Source: an uncultured Acidobacteriota bacterium | GTDB taxonomy: Bacteria > Acidobacteriota > Thermoanaerobaculia > Gp7-AA8 | Direction of reading: 5' to 3' | NCBI GenBank assembly: GCA_963758195.1 | Contig: CAVWUH010000002.1 | Coordinates: 2,061,560 to 2,125,559 of the forward strand | Length of the DNA: 64,000 nucleotides | Shown here: in pieces, positions 25,601 to 35,620 of the stretch | How the letters are laid out: every line of letters starts with the position of its first letter | How positions within the stretch are numbered: position 1 is the stretch's first letter | Notes under the pieces: model-generated | Database searches by the model: none | What the model was told of the DNA's origin: nothing | What the model saw: the letters and a program-made list of their open reading frames with translations, nothing else | Position numbers and translations under genes: made by a program

Positions 25601-28219
25601 ATGGCTGATACCGACTACACAAACCTGAACGAGCCTCGCGTCCCCGTCAACATCGAAGACGAGATGCGCACGTCGTATCTCGACTACGCGATGTCCGTCA
25701 TCATCGGACGCGCGCTTCCCGACGTCCGCGACGGTCTCAAGCCCGTGCATCGCCGCATCCTCTACGGCATGTACGAGCAGGGGAACACCGCCGGCAAGGC
25801 GTACAAGAAGTCGGCCCGCATCGTCGGCGACGTGATGGGTAAATACCATCCGCACGGCGACAGCGCGATCTACGACACAGCCGTGCGCATGGCCCAGGAC
25901 TTTTCGATGCGCTACCGGCTCGTCGACGGCCAGGGCAACTTCGGCTCGATCGACGGCGACAACCCGGCGGCCATGCGTTACACCGAGATCCGCCTCACGC
26001 GGCTCGCCGAAGAGCTGATGCGGGACGACATCGACAAGGAAACGATCGACTGGGTTCCGAACTACGACGGCTCGCTCTCCGAGCCTTCCGTGCTTCCCGC
26101 GAAGTATCCCAATCTGCTCGTGAATGGCTCGTCGGGCATCGCCGTCGGCATGGCCACGAACATCCCGCCGCACAACCTCGGCGAAGTGATCGACGCCTGC
26201 CTGATGCTCATCGACAACCCGGCAGTCGAAGTCAAAGACCTCATGACCGTCATGCCCGGCCCCGACTTTCCGACGGCCGGCTTCATTCACGGCCTCGAAG
26301 GAATTCGCCAGGCGTATCAGACCGGCCGCGGAATCATTCAGGTTCGCGCGCGAGCCATCGTCGAGACGCAGAAAAAGAGCGAGAAGCAGCAGATCGTCAT
26401 CACCGAGCTGCCGTACCAGACGAACAAGGCACGGCTCCAGGAAAAAATCGCGGAGCTCGTGCACGACAAGCGCATCGAAGGCATCTCCGATCTGCGCGAT
26501 GAGTCCGACCGCGAGGGCATCCGCGTCGTCATCGAGTTGAAGCGCGACGCGATTCCCGAGATCGTGCTGAACAACCTGTATCGCAACACGCAGATGCAGA
26601 CGACGTTCGGCATCATCTTCCTGGCCATCGTCAACAACAAGCCCGAGGTCATGGACCTCGCCACGATCCTGCGGCACTTCATCGAGCACCGCAAAGAGAT
26701 CGTCGTCCGCCGCACGCGCTTCGACCTGCGCAAAGCCGAGGAGCGCGCACACGTCCTCGAAGGCCTCGTCAAAGCGCTCGACATCCTCGACCAGATCATC
26801 ACGCACATCCGCGGCAGCCGCACGCCACAGGAAGCGAAAGACGGCCTGATCTCGAACTGGGAGTTCAGCGAGATTCAGGCGCAGGCCATTCTCGAAATGC
26901 GCCTGCAGCGCCTCACGGGACTCGAACGCGAGAAGCTCGTGCAGGAGTATCAGGAGATCCTGGCCGTCATCAAGCGTCTCCGCGAGATCCTGGCCTCGGA
27001 AGCGCTGGTCCTCGAGATCATCGCCACCGAGCTGCGCGAGATCAAAGAGCATTACGGCGATCCGCGCCGCACGGAGATCATCCCCGAGGAGAACGAGATC
27101 TCGATCGAAGACCTCGTCGCCGACGAGGACATGGTCATCACCGTCTCGCGCGGCGGCTACATCAAGCGCTCGCCGCTGTCGATGTACCGCGCGCAGCGCC
27201 GCGGCGGCAAAGGCCGCATCGGCATGCAGACGAAGGAAGAGGACATCGTCGAGCACCTCTTCGTCGCCTCGACGCACGCCTACGTCCTGGTCTTCACCGA
27301 TCGCGGGCGCATGTACTGGCTGAAAGTGCACGTGATCCCCGAGGTCGCCTCGAACGCGCGCGGCAAAGCGATCGTGAATCTGCTGCCGGTCGAACAGGGC
27401 GAGAACGTGCGCGCTCTGCTCACGACGCGCGACTTCAGCGAAGGCAAGTACGTCGTCATGGCCACGCGCGGCGGCAAGATCAAGAAGACCGAGCTCTCGG
27501 CGTTCTCGAACATCCGCGCGACGGGCATCATCGCCATCGACATCAACGAAGGCGACGATCTGCACAGCGTCGCGCTCTCCGACGGCAACTCCGACATCTT
27601 CGTCGGTACCGCCAATGGCCGCGCGATTCGTTTCAAGGAATCGGAAGTGCGTCCCATGGGCCGCGGCGCCGCCGGCGTACGCGCGATCTCGCTGCGCGAC
27701 GACGACCTCGTCGTGGAGATGGACGTACTGTCTCCGGGCGCGGAGATCGTTACCGGCGAAGCGGAAGAATCCGCCGAGGAAACGATCGAAGCCGCGGAGA
27801 TCGACACGGAAGCGGAAGCCGACGAGAACGTGGAGCTGGCCGGCGATCAGCGCGGATCCATCTTCACCGTGACCGAGAAGGGCTTCGGCAAACGCTCGCC
27901 GGTCTCCGCCTACCCCGTGAAGCATCGCGGCGGCTATGGCGTCATCGACATCAAGACCACGGAGCGCAACGGCAAAGTCGCCGGCATCGCACACGTGTCC
28001 GACGAGGATCAGGTGCTCCTGATCACCGAGCAGGGAATGATCATCCGCGTCCCCGTGACGACGATCCGTTCGATCGGCCGCAACACGCAGGGTGTACGCG
28101 TCATCAACATCGACGAAGGCGACACGGTCGTGGCGGCCGTGAAGCTGATCGAGAAAGAACAACCGGAGGAGAACGGTGGCGGCGACGAAACGCCTGACGA
28201 AGGCGAAGCAGTCCACTAA
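25601..28219 (+). CDS. gyrA: DNA gyrase subunit A (intact, 872 aa)
   Basis: [26 protein letters not shown], the active-site region AAMRYTE, and C-terminal beta-pinwheel repeats. Confidence 0.97.
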   Translation: MADTDYTNLNEPRVPVNIEDEMRTSYLDYAMSVIIGRALPDVRDGLKPVHRRILYGMYEQGNTAGKAYKKSARIVGDVMGKYHPHGDSAIYDTAVRMAQDFSMRYRLVDGQGNFGSIDGDNPAAMRYTEIRLTRLAEELMRDDIDKETIDWVPNYDGSLSEPSVLPAKYPNLLVNGSSGIAVGMATNIPPHNLGEVIDACLMLIDNPAVEVKDLMTVMPGPDFPTAGFIHGLEGIRQAYQTGRGIIQVRARAIVETQKKSEKQQIVITELPYQTNKARLQEKIAELVHDKRIEGISDLRDESDREGIRVVIELKRDAIPEIVLNNLYRNTQMQTTFGIIFLAIVNNKPEVMDLATILRHFIEHRKEIVVRRTRFDLRKAEERAHVLEGLVKALDILDQIITHIRGSRTPQEAKDGLISNWEFSEIQAQAILEMRLQRLTGLEREKLVQEYQEILAVIKRLREILASEALVLEIIATELREIKEHYGDPRRTEIIPEENEISIEDLVADEDMVITVSRGGYIKRSPLSMYRAQRRGGKGRIGMQTKEEDIVEHLFVASTHAYVLVFTDRGRMYWLKVHVIPEVASNARGKAIVNLLPVEQGENVRALLTTRDFSEGKYVVMATRGGKIKKTELSAFSNIRATGIIAIDINEGDDLHSVALSDGNSDIFVGTANGRAIRFKESEVRPMGRGAAGVRAISLRDDDLVVEMDVLSPGAEIVTGEAEESAEETIEAAEIDTEAEADENVELAGDQRGSIFTVTEKGFGKRSPVSAYPVKHRGGYGVIDIKTTERNGKVAGIAHVSDEDQVLLITEQGMIIRVPVTTIRSIGRNTQGVRVINIDEGDTVVAAVKLIEKEQPEENGGGDETPDEGEAVH

Positions 28220-28319
28220 GACCGCGCGCACCGAGCGCGCCGATCGGGAACGCCCGCGCAGCACGGCCGGATGGCAATCCGCACTCTCTGTGGTGCCTGC
28301 CGCCGTACAATGCGGGGAT

Positions 28320-28604
28320 ATGGTCCGTCCCTCCCGGGACCGCCTGAATCAGCTTGGCAGGGATCTCGTCGACGCGCTCGCGCGGACGCGAGCCGTCGTG
28401 CTGCTCAAGGACCGCGATGCCGTGCAGCAGGCGGTGAGCCAGGCCCTCGCCGACGAGCTGCGTCGCGAGGAAGAGCGAGAGACCAGCGCCCGCAAGCGCA
28501 TCAACGCCCTGCAGCGCGCTCCGCGTCCCAACACGACCGAGTGGGAAGAGCTCTTCCGGAAGTTCGTCGAAGAAGAGTATCTCCGCGAAGGACTCGATTC
28601 GTAG
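28320..28604 (+). CDS. DUF507-like small protein
   Basis: From the ATG at 28320: MVRPSRDRLNQLGRDLVDALARTRAVVLLKD...EEYLREGLDS. The family assignment is from memory. Confidence 0.5.
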   Translation: MVRPSRDRLNQLGRDLVDALARTRAVVLLKDRDAVQQAVSQALADELRREEERETSARKRINALQRAPRPNTTEWEELFRKFVEEEYLREGLDS

Positions 28605-28633
28605 TTGTCGGTGGTCAGTTGTCGGTTGTCCGG
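28603..28633. repeat. Solo arm of a GGTTGTC-type tandem-heptamer element
   Basis: AGTTGTC GGTGGTC AGTTGTC GGTTGTC CGG starts in the TAG stop of the DUF507 gene. No complementary GACAAC arm follows. A CTGTGTAGCGACG-family palindrome follows instead. Confidence 0.7.
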
Positions 28634-28648
28634 GATTGTTCGACTTGC

Positions 28649-28787
28649 CGAAGCGAGCGCGGTTCTGTGTAGCGACGACCGCCCTCGGTCGTCGGTTCGT
28701 GCGCCAGACGTAGCATGAAGATCGAGCGTTCCTCGTTCTGCTTGCCGGCCGGGGCGGCCAGCACTACACAGAACCGCACTCGCTTCG
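28649..28787. repeat. REP-type palindrome, CTGTGTAGCGACG family, copy with a large loop
   Basis: CGAAGCGAGCGCGGTTCTGTGTAGCGACGACCGCCCTCGG pairs with CCGGGGCGGCCAGCACTACACAGAACCGCACTCGCTTCG. It lies between convergent gene ends. Confidence 0.8.
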
Positions 28788-28795
28788 CTCGTTTC

Positions 28796-29092
28796 TCAAA
28801 CGCTGCCGGCCGGGCCGGCCTCGCGCTGTTGCGCGGTGAGCGTGTCGTCCTCGTCGGCGATCATCTTGCGCAGGCGCTGCGCTTTGGTGCGCTCGAAGAT
28901 TCCGCCGGCGTGGCCCGCGGGAATCCAACTGTTCCCGGCACACTTCGGACAGCGCCCCCGGAAGGCGATGTTCTTCCCGCAATCCGGACAGATGATGACC
29001 AGCGAGTGGGAGAGCTCGAACTTCTGCTCCCCCTCGGCATCCAGACTGTTCAGGAAAGAGGCTAGGTTAGTGAAGGTCTCGTCCAGGGGCAT
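28796..29092 (-). CDS. Small zinc-ribbon protein
   Basis: From the ATG at 29092: MPLDETFTNLASFLN, with CPDCGKN...CPKCAGN (two CxxC pairs). It lies downstream of rng. Confidence 0.5.
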   Translation of the reverse strand: MPLDETFTNLASFLNSLDAEGEQKFELSHSLVIICPDCGKNIAFRGRCPKCAGNSWIPAGHAGGIFERTKAQRLRKMIADEDDTLTAQQREAGPAGSV

Positions 29093-29153
29093 TACGACTC
29101 CAACCACGGCTTTCCTGCACGCGACGTGCCCGTTGAGTTCGCGATCCGCGAAC

Positions 29154-30689
29154 TCAGATCCGCATGACGTCGAACTGCTCGTGATGCAGCGACTCGTCCG
29201 GTTTGAAGACGAGGTGAATTCCCATCGTGCGCTCGACTTCCTCGAAGATCGGGTCGCCGGTGTGCAGCGTGCTGTAGACGATCGGATTGACGCGCACGAT
29301 GACATCCTGACCTTCATGGATGTCGCGAAGCTTCATCAGCTCGCGCCAGATCTCGAGCGCGATCGTCGTATTCGACTTGATCCTGCCGCTGCCGCCGCAA
29401 TACGGGCAGGCCTGCGTCAGTGAGCGCTCGAGGCTTTGGCGCACGCGCTTGCGCGTCATCTCGATGAGACCGAACTCCGAGATCTGCAGGACCTTCGTCT
29501 TCGAGCGATCCTTGCGAATCTCCGTCTCCAACGCTTCGAAGAGCCGCTGGCGGTTTCCCGGCTCCTCCATGTCGATGAAGTCGAGCACGATGATGCCGCC
29601 GAGGTCGCGCAGGCGGATCTGGCGAACGATCTCCTTCGCCGCCTCGAGATTCGTGCGGAACACCGTCTCTTCGAGATTCTTCTTCCCGACGTATTTCCCC
29701 GTGTTCACGTCGATCGCGACGAGCGCTTCGGTCTGGTTGATCACGATGTAGCCGCCGGAGCTGAAGCCACACTTTCGACTTGAGCGCTTTCGCGATTTCC
29801 GGCTCGATCCCGAACTCATCGAAGATCGGCTTCGTCGCGGCGATAGAGACGCACGCGCGAGACGAGCTGCGGCTGAATCTGATCGAGGAACTCGACGATG
29901 CGCTGGTACTGCTCGATCGAATCGACCCACACGCTCTTGAACTCCGGCGGACAGCACGTCGCGGATCGTGCGCAGCACGAGATCGAGATCGTGATGAATC
30001 GCCGCCGGTGCCGACGACTTCTCCGCGCGGCGCTTGATCTGTTCCCACAAATCGGTGAGGTAGCGGAAGTCGGCGAGGAACTCCTCTTCGCCGCGCCCTT
30101 CGCCGGCTGTGCGGACGATGAAACCGCCGTGGTTCCCCGGACGGATCCGCTCCAGGATCTCCTTGAGGCGAAGGCGCTCGGCTTCGTCTTCGATGCGCCG
30201 CGACACGCCGATGTGATTCACCGTCGGCATGTAGACCAGGAAGCGTCCCGGCAACGTGACGTGGCTCGTGATGCGCGCGCCCTTGCCGGCGATCGTGTCT
30301 TTCGACACCTGCACCACGATCTCCTGTCCCTCGCGCAGCAGATCGGCGATCGACGCCTCGGAGCGATGCGACTGCATGTCGTCGACGCCTCGCTCCAGCC
30401 CGCGGTCGATTCCGCGATCCAGATTCAGATCGTCCGTCGTCTCGCTCTCGTACTCCTCGAGATCATCGATCACGTCCGAGACGTAAAGGAACGCATCGCG
30501 ATCGAGCCCGAGGTCGACAAAGGCCGACTGCATGCCGGGCAGCACCTTCGTCACGCGGCCCTTGTAGATGTTCCCGACGATCGTTCGATGACGAGTCCGC
30601 TCGACCCAGAGCTCGACGACCTGACCCTCGTCGAGCACGGCGATGCGCGACTCGTGTCGAGTCGCATTGATGACGATCTCCCGGGACAT
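29154..30689 (-). CDS. rng: Ribonuclease G/E family endoribonuclease, two compensating frame breaks (about 29940 and 29765)
   Basis: S1 domain GNIYKGRVTKVLPGMQSAFVDLG, plus ALVAIDVNTGKY and GGIIVLDFIDM. The central conserved part (PIFDEFGIEPEIAKALKSKVWL) is in ORF 29314-30048. Confidence 0.9.
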   Translation of the reverse strand: MSREIVINATRHESRIAVLDEGQVVELWVERTRHRTIVGNIYKGRVTKVLPGMQSAFVDLGLDRDAFLYVSDVIDDLEEYESETTDDLNLDRGIDRGLERGVDDMQSHRSEASIADLLREGQEIVVQVSKDTIAGKGARITSHVTLPGRFLVYMPTVNHIGVSRRIEDEAERLRLKEILERIRPGNHGGFIVRTAGEGRGEEEFLADFRYLTDLWEQIKRRAEKSSAPAAIHHDLDLVLRTIRDVLSAGVQERVGRFDRAVPAHRRVPRSDSAAARLARASLSPRRSRSSMSSGSSRKSRKRSSRKCGFSSGGYIVINQTEALVAIDVNTGKYVGKKNLEETVFRTNLEAAKEIVRQIRLRDLGGIIVLDFIDMEEPGNRQRLFEALETEIRKDRSKTKVLQISEFGLIEMTRKRVRQSLERSLTQACPYCGGSGRIKSNTTIALEIWRELMKLRDIHEGQDVIVRVNPIVYSTLHTGDPIFEEVERTMGIHLVFKPDESLHHEQFDVMRI

Positions 30690-30825
30690 GCGGCGCGAAT
30701 TGTAGACTGCGACGAGTGCCGGCGACGATCTACTTCGCCCGGTCGCAATTCCCCTTGCGATCGCGTGGTCGCGACCGTCCTCGGGAATCCGTCCGGCAGC
30801 CGCGGGGTTCTATCGCCCGCCTGCC

Positions 30826-30854
30826 TTGACCGGGGGTGAGGGCGGTGCTATTTT
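30826..30854 (+). promoter_or_regulatory. Putative sigma-70 promoter of tRNA-Asn
   Basis: TTGACC (30826-30831), a 17-nt spacer, then TATTTT (30849-30854). It is about 28 nt upstream of the tRNA 5' end. Confidence 0.35.
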
Positions 30855-30881
30855 CCGCCCCCTTCGGAGTTTGCAAAGTAC

Positions 30882-30957
30882 TCCGGCATAGCTCAGTTGG
30901 TAGAGCAGCGGACTGTTAATCCGCGGGTCGTAGGTTCGAGTCCTACTGCCGGAGCCA
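30882..30957 (+). tRNA. tRNA-Asn (anticodon GTT), CCA encoded
   Basis: Hand-folded cloverleaf. Acceptor stem TCCGGCA/TGCCGGA, D stem GCTC/GAGC, anticodon stem GCGGA/TCCGC with loop CTGTTAA, T arm GTAGG-TTCGAGT-CCTAC, discriminator G plus CCA. Confidence 0.92.
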
Positions 30958-31039
30958 GTTTCCTTCCTGTTGTTGCTGGGAGCCCGACGCGAGCCCAAAC
31001 GCCGCGCGCGACCCGCGTTGCCGCCGCCATCGCGGCTTC

Positions 31040-31840
31040 CTATCCGAAAATACTCCGAACCGACTCGCGAAACTGCTCCAGCGACGCGGCGAGTGTTTCG
31101 AGCGCCATCGTGAACGACTCCGCGAGCATGTTGCCGATCTGCGCGAAGGAGAACGTCTTCCCTTCGAATCCGCCGATGACGACCGCGGTGACGGGAAAGA
31201 TGATGATGCCGATCGGATACTTGAGGTCCTTGAATCCCGCGATCTTCGTGGCCCACCCCGAGGCGGAGAAGGCCGCGGCGAAGAGTTGTTCGTCAATGTC
31301 GCGGCCCATACCCGAGATGCCGGCGTACTCGGTGAACGAGAAGCCTGCCCTCTCCTCGAATTGCTTCTTGTTGATCACTCCGCGGTCGAGCAATCCCTTC
31401 AGCAGACTGCTCAGAAGTTCGAACGGGGAAAGGAAGTTCTTGAGATCGGTCGCCGAGGCCGTCAGTCCGTTCGCGGCGGCAAAGCGCGCGAGCGAGTCGT
31501 AGCTCGTGGCCGCGGAGAGGAACTTCCTCCGCAGGGTCAAATCGCCCTGCACGCGCTGGAGAAACGCCACGATCGCGCCGTTCGACGTGACCGGTGTCCG
31601 CAACGTGTCGACGTATTCTTTCAGCAGAGTTTCGTCGATCGAGACCTTCAGGAATTCGGGCGCTTTGAGGGCCACCGCGTGATAGATGCTGGTGTGATAC
31701 ATGAGAGCGTGAAGGGCGGTCTCGAGGACGAAGTTGTTGTGGGTGAGCTCGTCGGCGGTTTTGAAGGCGACCACGAAATCGAGAATGTTGGCTTGTTTGG
31801 CGTACAGACTCAGGGCCGCGGCGACATCGCTTTCTGGCAT
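31040..31840 (-). CDS. Hypothetical protein (266 aa)
   Basis: Long ORF with a sensible composition. The central segment SYDSLARFAAANGLTASATDLKNF is vaguely Nif11-like, and there is a C-terminal hydrophobic stretch IGIIIFPVTAVVIGGF. No confident family. Confidence 0.5.
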   Translation of the reverse strand: MPESDVAAALSLYAKQANILDFVVAFKTADELTHNNFVLETALHALMYHTSIYHAVALKAPEFLKVSIDETLLKEYVDTLRTPVTSNGAIVAFLQRVQGDLTLRRKFLSAATSYDSLARFAAANGLTASATDLKNFLSPFELLSSLLKGLLDRGVINKKQFEERAGFSFTEYAGISGMGRDIDEQLFAAAFSASGWATKIAGFKDLKYPIGIIIFPVTAVVIGGFEGKTFSFAQIGNMLAESFTMALETLAASLEQFRESVRSIFG

Positions 31841-31910
31841 TTTCGGAATCCTCTCGCGCTGAGCGTAGCACCCGCGCGTTGAATTCCGCCGATGACTTAG
31901 AATCCGCCCG

Positions 31911-33026
31911 ATGACATCGCGCTCGGCGGCTTTGCACGGCCACCACTTTCTCCTCGGCCTGCAACCTTCATCGACGCTGACCGATCACGACCGTCGCCTT
32001 CTCTCTGCGGTACGGCCGGCGGGGATCATTCTCTTCAAACCGAACTTCCGTGAAGGCGTGCCTTACGACGCGTGGCTCGAGCATTATGCCGCGCTGCTGC
32101 GCGAGGCTGGGCAGTGCATGGAGCGGGAGAAGTTTCTCGTCTGCATCGATCACGAGGGAGGAAGGGTCATTCGTCCGCCGCGGCCGGTGACGCCGTTCGG
32201 GTGGGCGTCGCAATGGACTGACCTTGCCGGTCCCGTCGGCGCGGCGATGGGAGTTGAGCTCGCGTCGCTCGGGGTCAACGTCAACTTCGCTCCCGTCGTC
32301 GACGTCGACACGAATGAATCGAATCCGGTGATCGCCGATCGCGCATTCAGTCCCGATCCCGACACCGTCGCGGACGCGGCGATCGCGTTCATCGACGCCA
32401 TGCAGGCGGAAGGCGTGCGCGCGTGTCCGAAACACTTCCCGGGACACGGAGACACGGACGCCGATTCGCACTTTGCGTTGCCGTTCGTCTCCGCTTCGAG
32501 GCACGTGCTCGCCCGCCGCGAGCTCGTGCCCTACCGAAAAATCATTGCCGATGTCGGTCTCATCATGTCGGCGCACATCGTGTTCTCCGAGATCGATCCG
32601 GACCGGCCTGCGACGGTCTCGCGGACGATCATGACCGACATTCTTCGCGGCGAGCTGGGATTCGCCGGCGCGGTGATCTCCGACGACATCGGGATGAAGG
32701 GCGCCGACCCGTTCTTCCATCAGCCCGACGGCGCGCTGCAGGCGATTCTTGCCGGCTGCGACATCGTGTCGATTTGCGCCGCATGGACCGACACGGTACG
32801 GCTCACGGAGATGGCGCGCAACGTGACGGAGCTCGCGAACACCGACGATGCGCAGTGGGCGCTCGAGACCTCGCGTCTGCGAATCGAGGCGGTGCTGCAA
32901 TCGGCGCCGGTGCCGCGCGTGCAACGGCTGCCGGACTCGGTGTTCGAAGCGCATCGCAACATCGCTCCGTTGTACGAGCCCGGCAGCGGTCGACGCAACT
33001 ACGAAGGCATCATCGCAAACGCCTGA
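31911..33026 (+). CDS. nagZ: Beta-N-acetylhexosaminidase (GH3, NagZ-like)
   Basis: GH3 motif KHFPGHGDTDADSH and the GVNVNFAPVVDV substrate-binding region. Confidence 0.85.
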   Translation: MTSRSAALHGHHFLLGLQPSSTLTDHDRRLLSAVRPAGIILFKPNFREGVPYDAWLEHYAALLREAGQCMEREKFLVCIDHEGGRVIRPPRPVTPFGWASQWTDLAGPVGAAMGVELASLGVNVNFAPVVDVDTNESNPVIADRAFSPDPDTVADAAIAFIDAMQAEGVRACPKHFPGHGDTDADSHFALPFVSASRHVLARRELVPYRKIIADVGLIMSAHIVFSEIDPDRPATVSRTIMTDILRGELGFAGAVISDDIGMKGADPFFHQPDGALQAILAGCDIVSICAAWTDTVRLTEMARNVTELANTDDAQWALETSRLRIEAVLQSAPVPRVQRLPDSVFEAHRNIAPLYEPGSGRRNYEGIIANA

Positions 33027-33059
33027 TCGAAGTTCGCGCTCTTCCCGGAGCGTCGCTCA

Positions 33060-33674
33060 CTATTGCTCCGGAAGCGGTGCCTGCTCCGGATCGGTCGGCG
33101 AGTTGGCGGGCTTTCCGTCGCGACGCAGACGAGGCTTGACCTTGCTCGAAAGCTCAAGGGCCAGCTTTTCCAGGTCCGGACGGGCGACCTTCGCCATGTC
33201 TCCGACTCCCGGCATCACGCACTTGCCGGAACGGCGCAGGCGAGTATTGAGGAAGCCGACGGTTCCGCCGTACGTGGTGTTCTCGACCCATTCGGTCCAC
33301 TGGCCCGCACCTTCGTGCGGATCGGGGTTGCCGGCGAACAGCTCGATCACCATGCCGTCATGGCCCATGTTGTTTCCCCACTCGCCGTGCATCAGCACGC
33401 GATCGCCTTCCTGATCGTAGCGGCCGCGCCAGTTCGGGTAGCTCGTCGAGTACCAGACGCCCTGGATCGACGTTCCGACCGCCGCGTAGGGCATGAAGCA
33501 GAGCGTCTGCGTGGCCCAGCGCGCATGAACGGTCGAGGTGTCGTCGTACGCGGTGATGAGCCACTGATTCCCGCCGTCGTACACGTTCGGCCGCGGCTGC
33601 GCAGACGCGCTGCCGGCAATGGCTGCAAGGGCGATGAGACCGAGGATGAGAATGCTGCGTTTCGAATTTCGCAT
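33060..33674 (-). CDS. Secreted Trp/His/Tyr-rich hypothetical protein
   Basis: Signal peptide MRNSKRSILILGLIALAAIAGSASA. The mature part is rich in W, H, Y and G. The start is 45 bp downstream of the peroxidase stop. Confidence 0.55.
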   Translation of the reverse strand: MRNSKRSILILGLIALAAIAGSASAQPRPNVYDGGNQWLITAYDDTSTVHARWATQTLCFMPYAAVGTSIQGVWYSTSYPNWRGRYDQEGDRVLMHGEWGNNMGHDGMVIELFAGNPDPHEGAGQWTEWVENTTYGGTVGFLNTRLRRSGKCVMPGVGDMAKVARPDLEKLALELSSKVKPRLRRDGKPANSPTDPEQAPLPEQ

Positions 33675-33719
33675 AGAGGAGTCTCCTTCCTCAGTAGTGA
33701 AGGAAACGCCGTCAGCGTT

Positions 33720-34880
33720 TCATCGCCCCGCGGAATCGGGGCGAGTCCAAGGATCCGAGAGACGCGCATCCACGAGCAACTCTTCATCGGTCAGCGCGCG
33801 AAGAAATGCGATGAGGTCCTGCTTTTCGTCAGCGGTGATCGTGAAGGGCTGCATCGCGCTGCTGCGCAGAGGATTGCGATCGCCGGCGCGTCCTCCCTTC
33901 GCGTAGTGATCGATGACTTCCGCGAGTGTGGCGATGCTGCCGTCGTGCATGTAGGGTGCGGTCACTGCGATGTTGCGCAGCGTCGGAACGCGGAAGCGGC
34001 CGACGTCGTTGCAGTCGTGCGTCGCGCGCGCGAGCCCCAGGTCGCGGTCGGGATACGCGCCGGCGCCGTCGAGGTTGTAGAGCGCGGTGTTCTCGAACGA
34101 GGGATCGGGGCGCGCCTTCTCCGCGTAGGCGCCGCCGCCCGCAAACGTGATTCCGCTGTGGCACGTTCCGCAACGTGCGCGATCGCCGAAGAAGATCCGC
34201 ATGCCGCGCTGTTCCGCGTCTGTCAGCGCGTGCGCGTCGCCGTCGAAGACGAAGCGGTCGTAGCGTGAGCGCCCCGAGAGGATCGATCGCTCGAACGAGG
34301 CGATTGCCTTGGCGATGTTTGCGAACGCGAATGCGTTCGGCTCGTGCGGAAACGCGGCAGCGAAGAGCGTTTTGTATTCGGGCACATCCGAGATCCGCGC
34401 GAGCACGATCGACTCGCGGTTCTTCACGCCCATCTCCACTGGCGTCTCGTTCATCAGCGGCACGAGTGCCTGTTGCTCGAGCGTCTGCATCGCGGGATTG
34501 CCCCACGTAAGCGCGACCACGTAGGCGCTGTTCGCGAGCGCCATCGAGCTGCGGAAGTGATCTTCGCCTGTCGAACCGATCGCGCGCGCGCGTCCGTCCG
34601 TGAACGCGCGCGCCTGTTGGTGGCAGTCGGCGCACGACTGCGTGCCGTTGCCCGAGAGACGCCGATCGTAGAAGAGGTAGCGGCCCAGCTCGACTTTCTC
34701 GCGAGTCGGAACGTTGGTCGCGGGAACGACCGGCAGCGGAAAGCCGCGAGGCACGCCGAGAATGCGGCGCAACTCGTTGGATGCGCGGAGGTCGTCTTTG
34801 CGTAGATCGTTCGCGAAGAGCGGCGCGACGATCGCAATCGCGAGCGTCACGCGTAGCGCGAACGAAGGCAACGGGTTCAC
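33720..34880 (-). CDS. Di-haem cytochrome c peroxidase (CCP/MauG family)
   Basis: Two haem motifs CADCH and CGTCH, plus PTLRNIAVTAPYMHDG. The start is set at GTG 34880 (VNPLPSFALRVTLAIAIV), because further upstream the ORF reads through hairpin H. Confidence 0.85.
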   Translation of the reverse strand: MNPLPSFALRVTLAIAIVAPLFANDLRKDDLRASNELRRILGVPRGFPLPVVPATNVPTREKVELGRYLFYDRRLSGNGTQSCADCHQQARAFTDGRARAIGSTGEDHFRSSMALANSAYVVALTWGNPAMQTLEQQALVPLMNETPVEMGVKNRESIVLARISDVPEYKTLFAAAFPHEPNAFAFANIAKAIASFERSILSGRSRYDRFVFDGDAHALTDAEQRGMRIFFGDRARCGTCHSGITFAGGGAYAEKARPDPSFENTALYNLDGAGAYPDRDLGLARATHDCNDVGRFRVPTLRNIAVTAPYMHDGSIATLAEVIDHYAKGGRAGDRNPLRSSAMQPFTITADEKQDLIAFLRALTDEELLVDARLSDPWTRPDSAGR

Positions 34881-34954
34881 GCGGAGACGCGGAGACACGG
34901 AGAGGAGGGCTGGCAGCAATCCTTTTTCTCCGCCCCTCCGCGTCTCCGCGTGAA
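34877..34954. repeat. Tandem-octamer hairpin H (CGCGGAGA type)
   Basis: TCA CGCGGAGA CGCGGAGA CACGGAGA GGAGGG, loop CTGGCAGCAATCC, then TTTTTCTCCGCCCCTCCGCGTCTCCGCGTGA. The outer 18 bp pair perfectly. Confidence 0.85.
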
Positions 34955-34969
34955 ATCCTGGACTGCTGC

Positions 34970-35620
34970 CTACCACGACTGTTTCGGCGTGACGAGATCG
35001 CTCGTCTGCGAGGCAACCTGACGCCGCGAGGAGAGCCACTTCTCGAACGCGTCGATCGTCTCCGCCGCGACTTCACCGGGCTGCGCACGCCGCTGCTCGA
35101 CCCAGCTCTTCATCGCCTCCGCCAGCTCGTCCGCACGTGGACGATCACCCGAGAACAGCAGCACGTACGTGTGCTTCGCCTCTTCGAGCCGATTCAAGCC
35201 GAGATAAGCCTCGGCGCGATACTCGAGCGCTGGACTCAGGTTGGGAAAGATCGCCAGTGCACGGTCGTACGACGCCAACGCCTCGGGATAGTTGCCGAGC
35301 TTGCGCAGCGCGAACCCGAGCTGCGTGTGCGCCTGGTACATCTGCGAATTCAGTTCCGTCGCTTTCGTGAAATCCTTCGACGCCTTCTCGAACTCGGCCA
35401 GCGCTTTCTTATGCAGCTTCTCCAGACGCTCTCCGGAAGCGGTCGCGGCTTCCTGCTGGATCTTCGCCGCGCGATCGAGATGATCGGAGCCGGAGTTGAA
35501 GCGCTCGATCGCCTTTTCCTCGGGCGTGAGCGGCTTGCCCGGCGCCATCTTCGGAATGCCGGATGCCAGGAGCGAGGTCGCGAACAGAAGGGACGTGAGT
35601 GTGCAGAGCAGTTTCTTCAT
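34970..35620 (-). CDS. Secreted TPR-repeat protein
   Basis: Signal peptide MKKLLCTLTSLLFATSLLA. TPR-like repeats (QLGFALRKLGNYPEALASYDRALAIFPN, ALEYRAEAYLGLNRLEEA). Confidence 0.65.
   Translation of the reverse strand: MKKLLCTLTSLLFATSLLASGIPKMAPGKPLTPEEKAIERFNSGSDHLDRAAKIQQEAATASGERLEKLHKKALAEFEKASKDFTKATELNSQMYQAHTQLGFALRKLGNYPEALASYDRALAIFPNLSPALEYRAEAYLGLNRLEEAKHTYVLLFSGDRPRADELAEAMKSWVEQRRAQPGEVAAETIDAFEKWLSSRRQVASQTSDLVTPKQSW

Noticed and set aside
30958-33100. A genomic island or prophage integrated at tRNA-Asn.
   Set aside because: There is no integrase, no phage genes and no visible duplication of the tRNA 3' end. The downstream genes (nagZ and others) are housekeeping.
33720-35039. 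The N-terminal 53 codons of the peroxidase ORF as drawn in the ORF track (start at 35039).
   Set aside because: That part translates hairpin H and the 3' end of the TPR gene. A GTG at 34880 followed by a signal-anchor-like sequence is the more plausible start.
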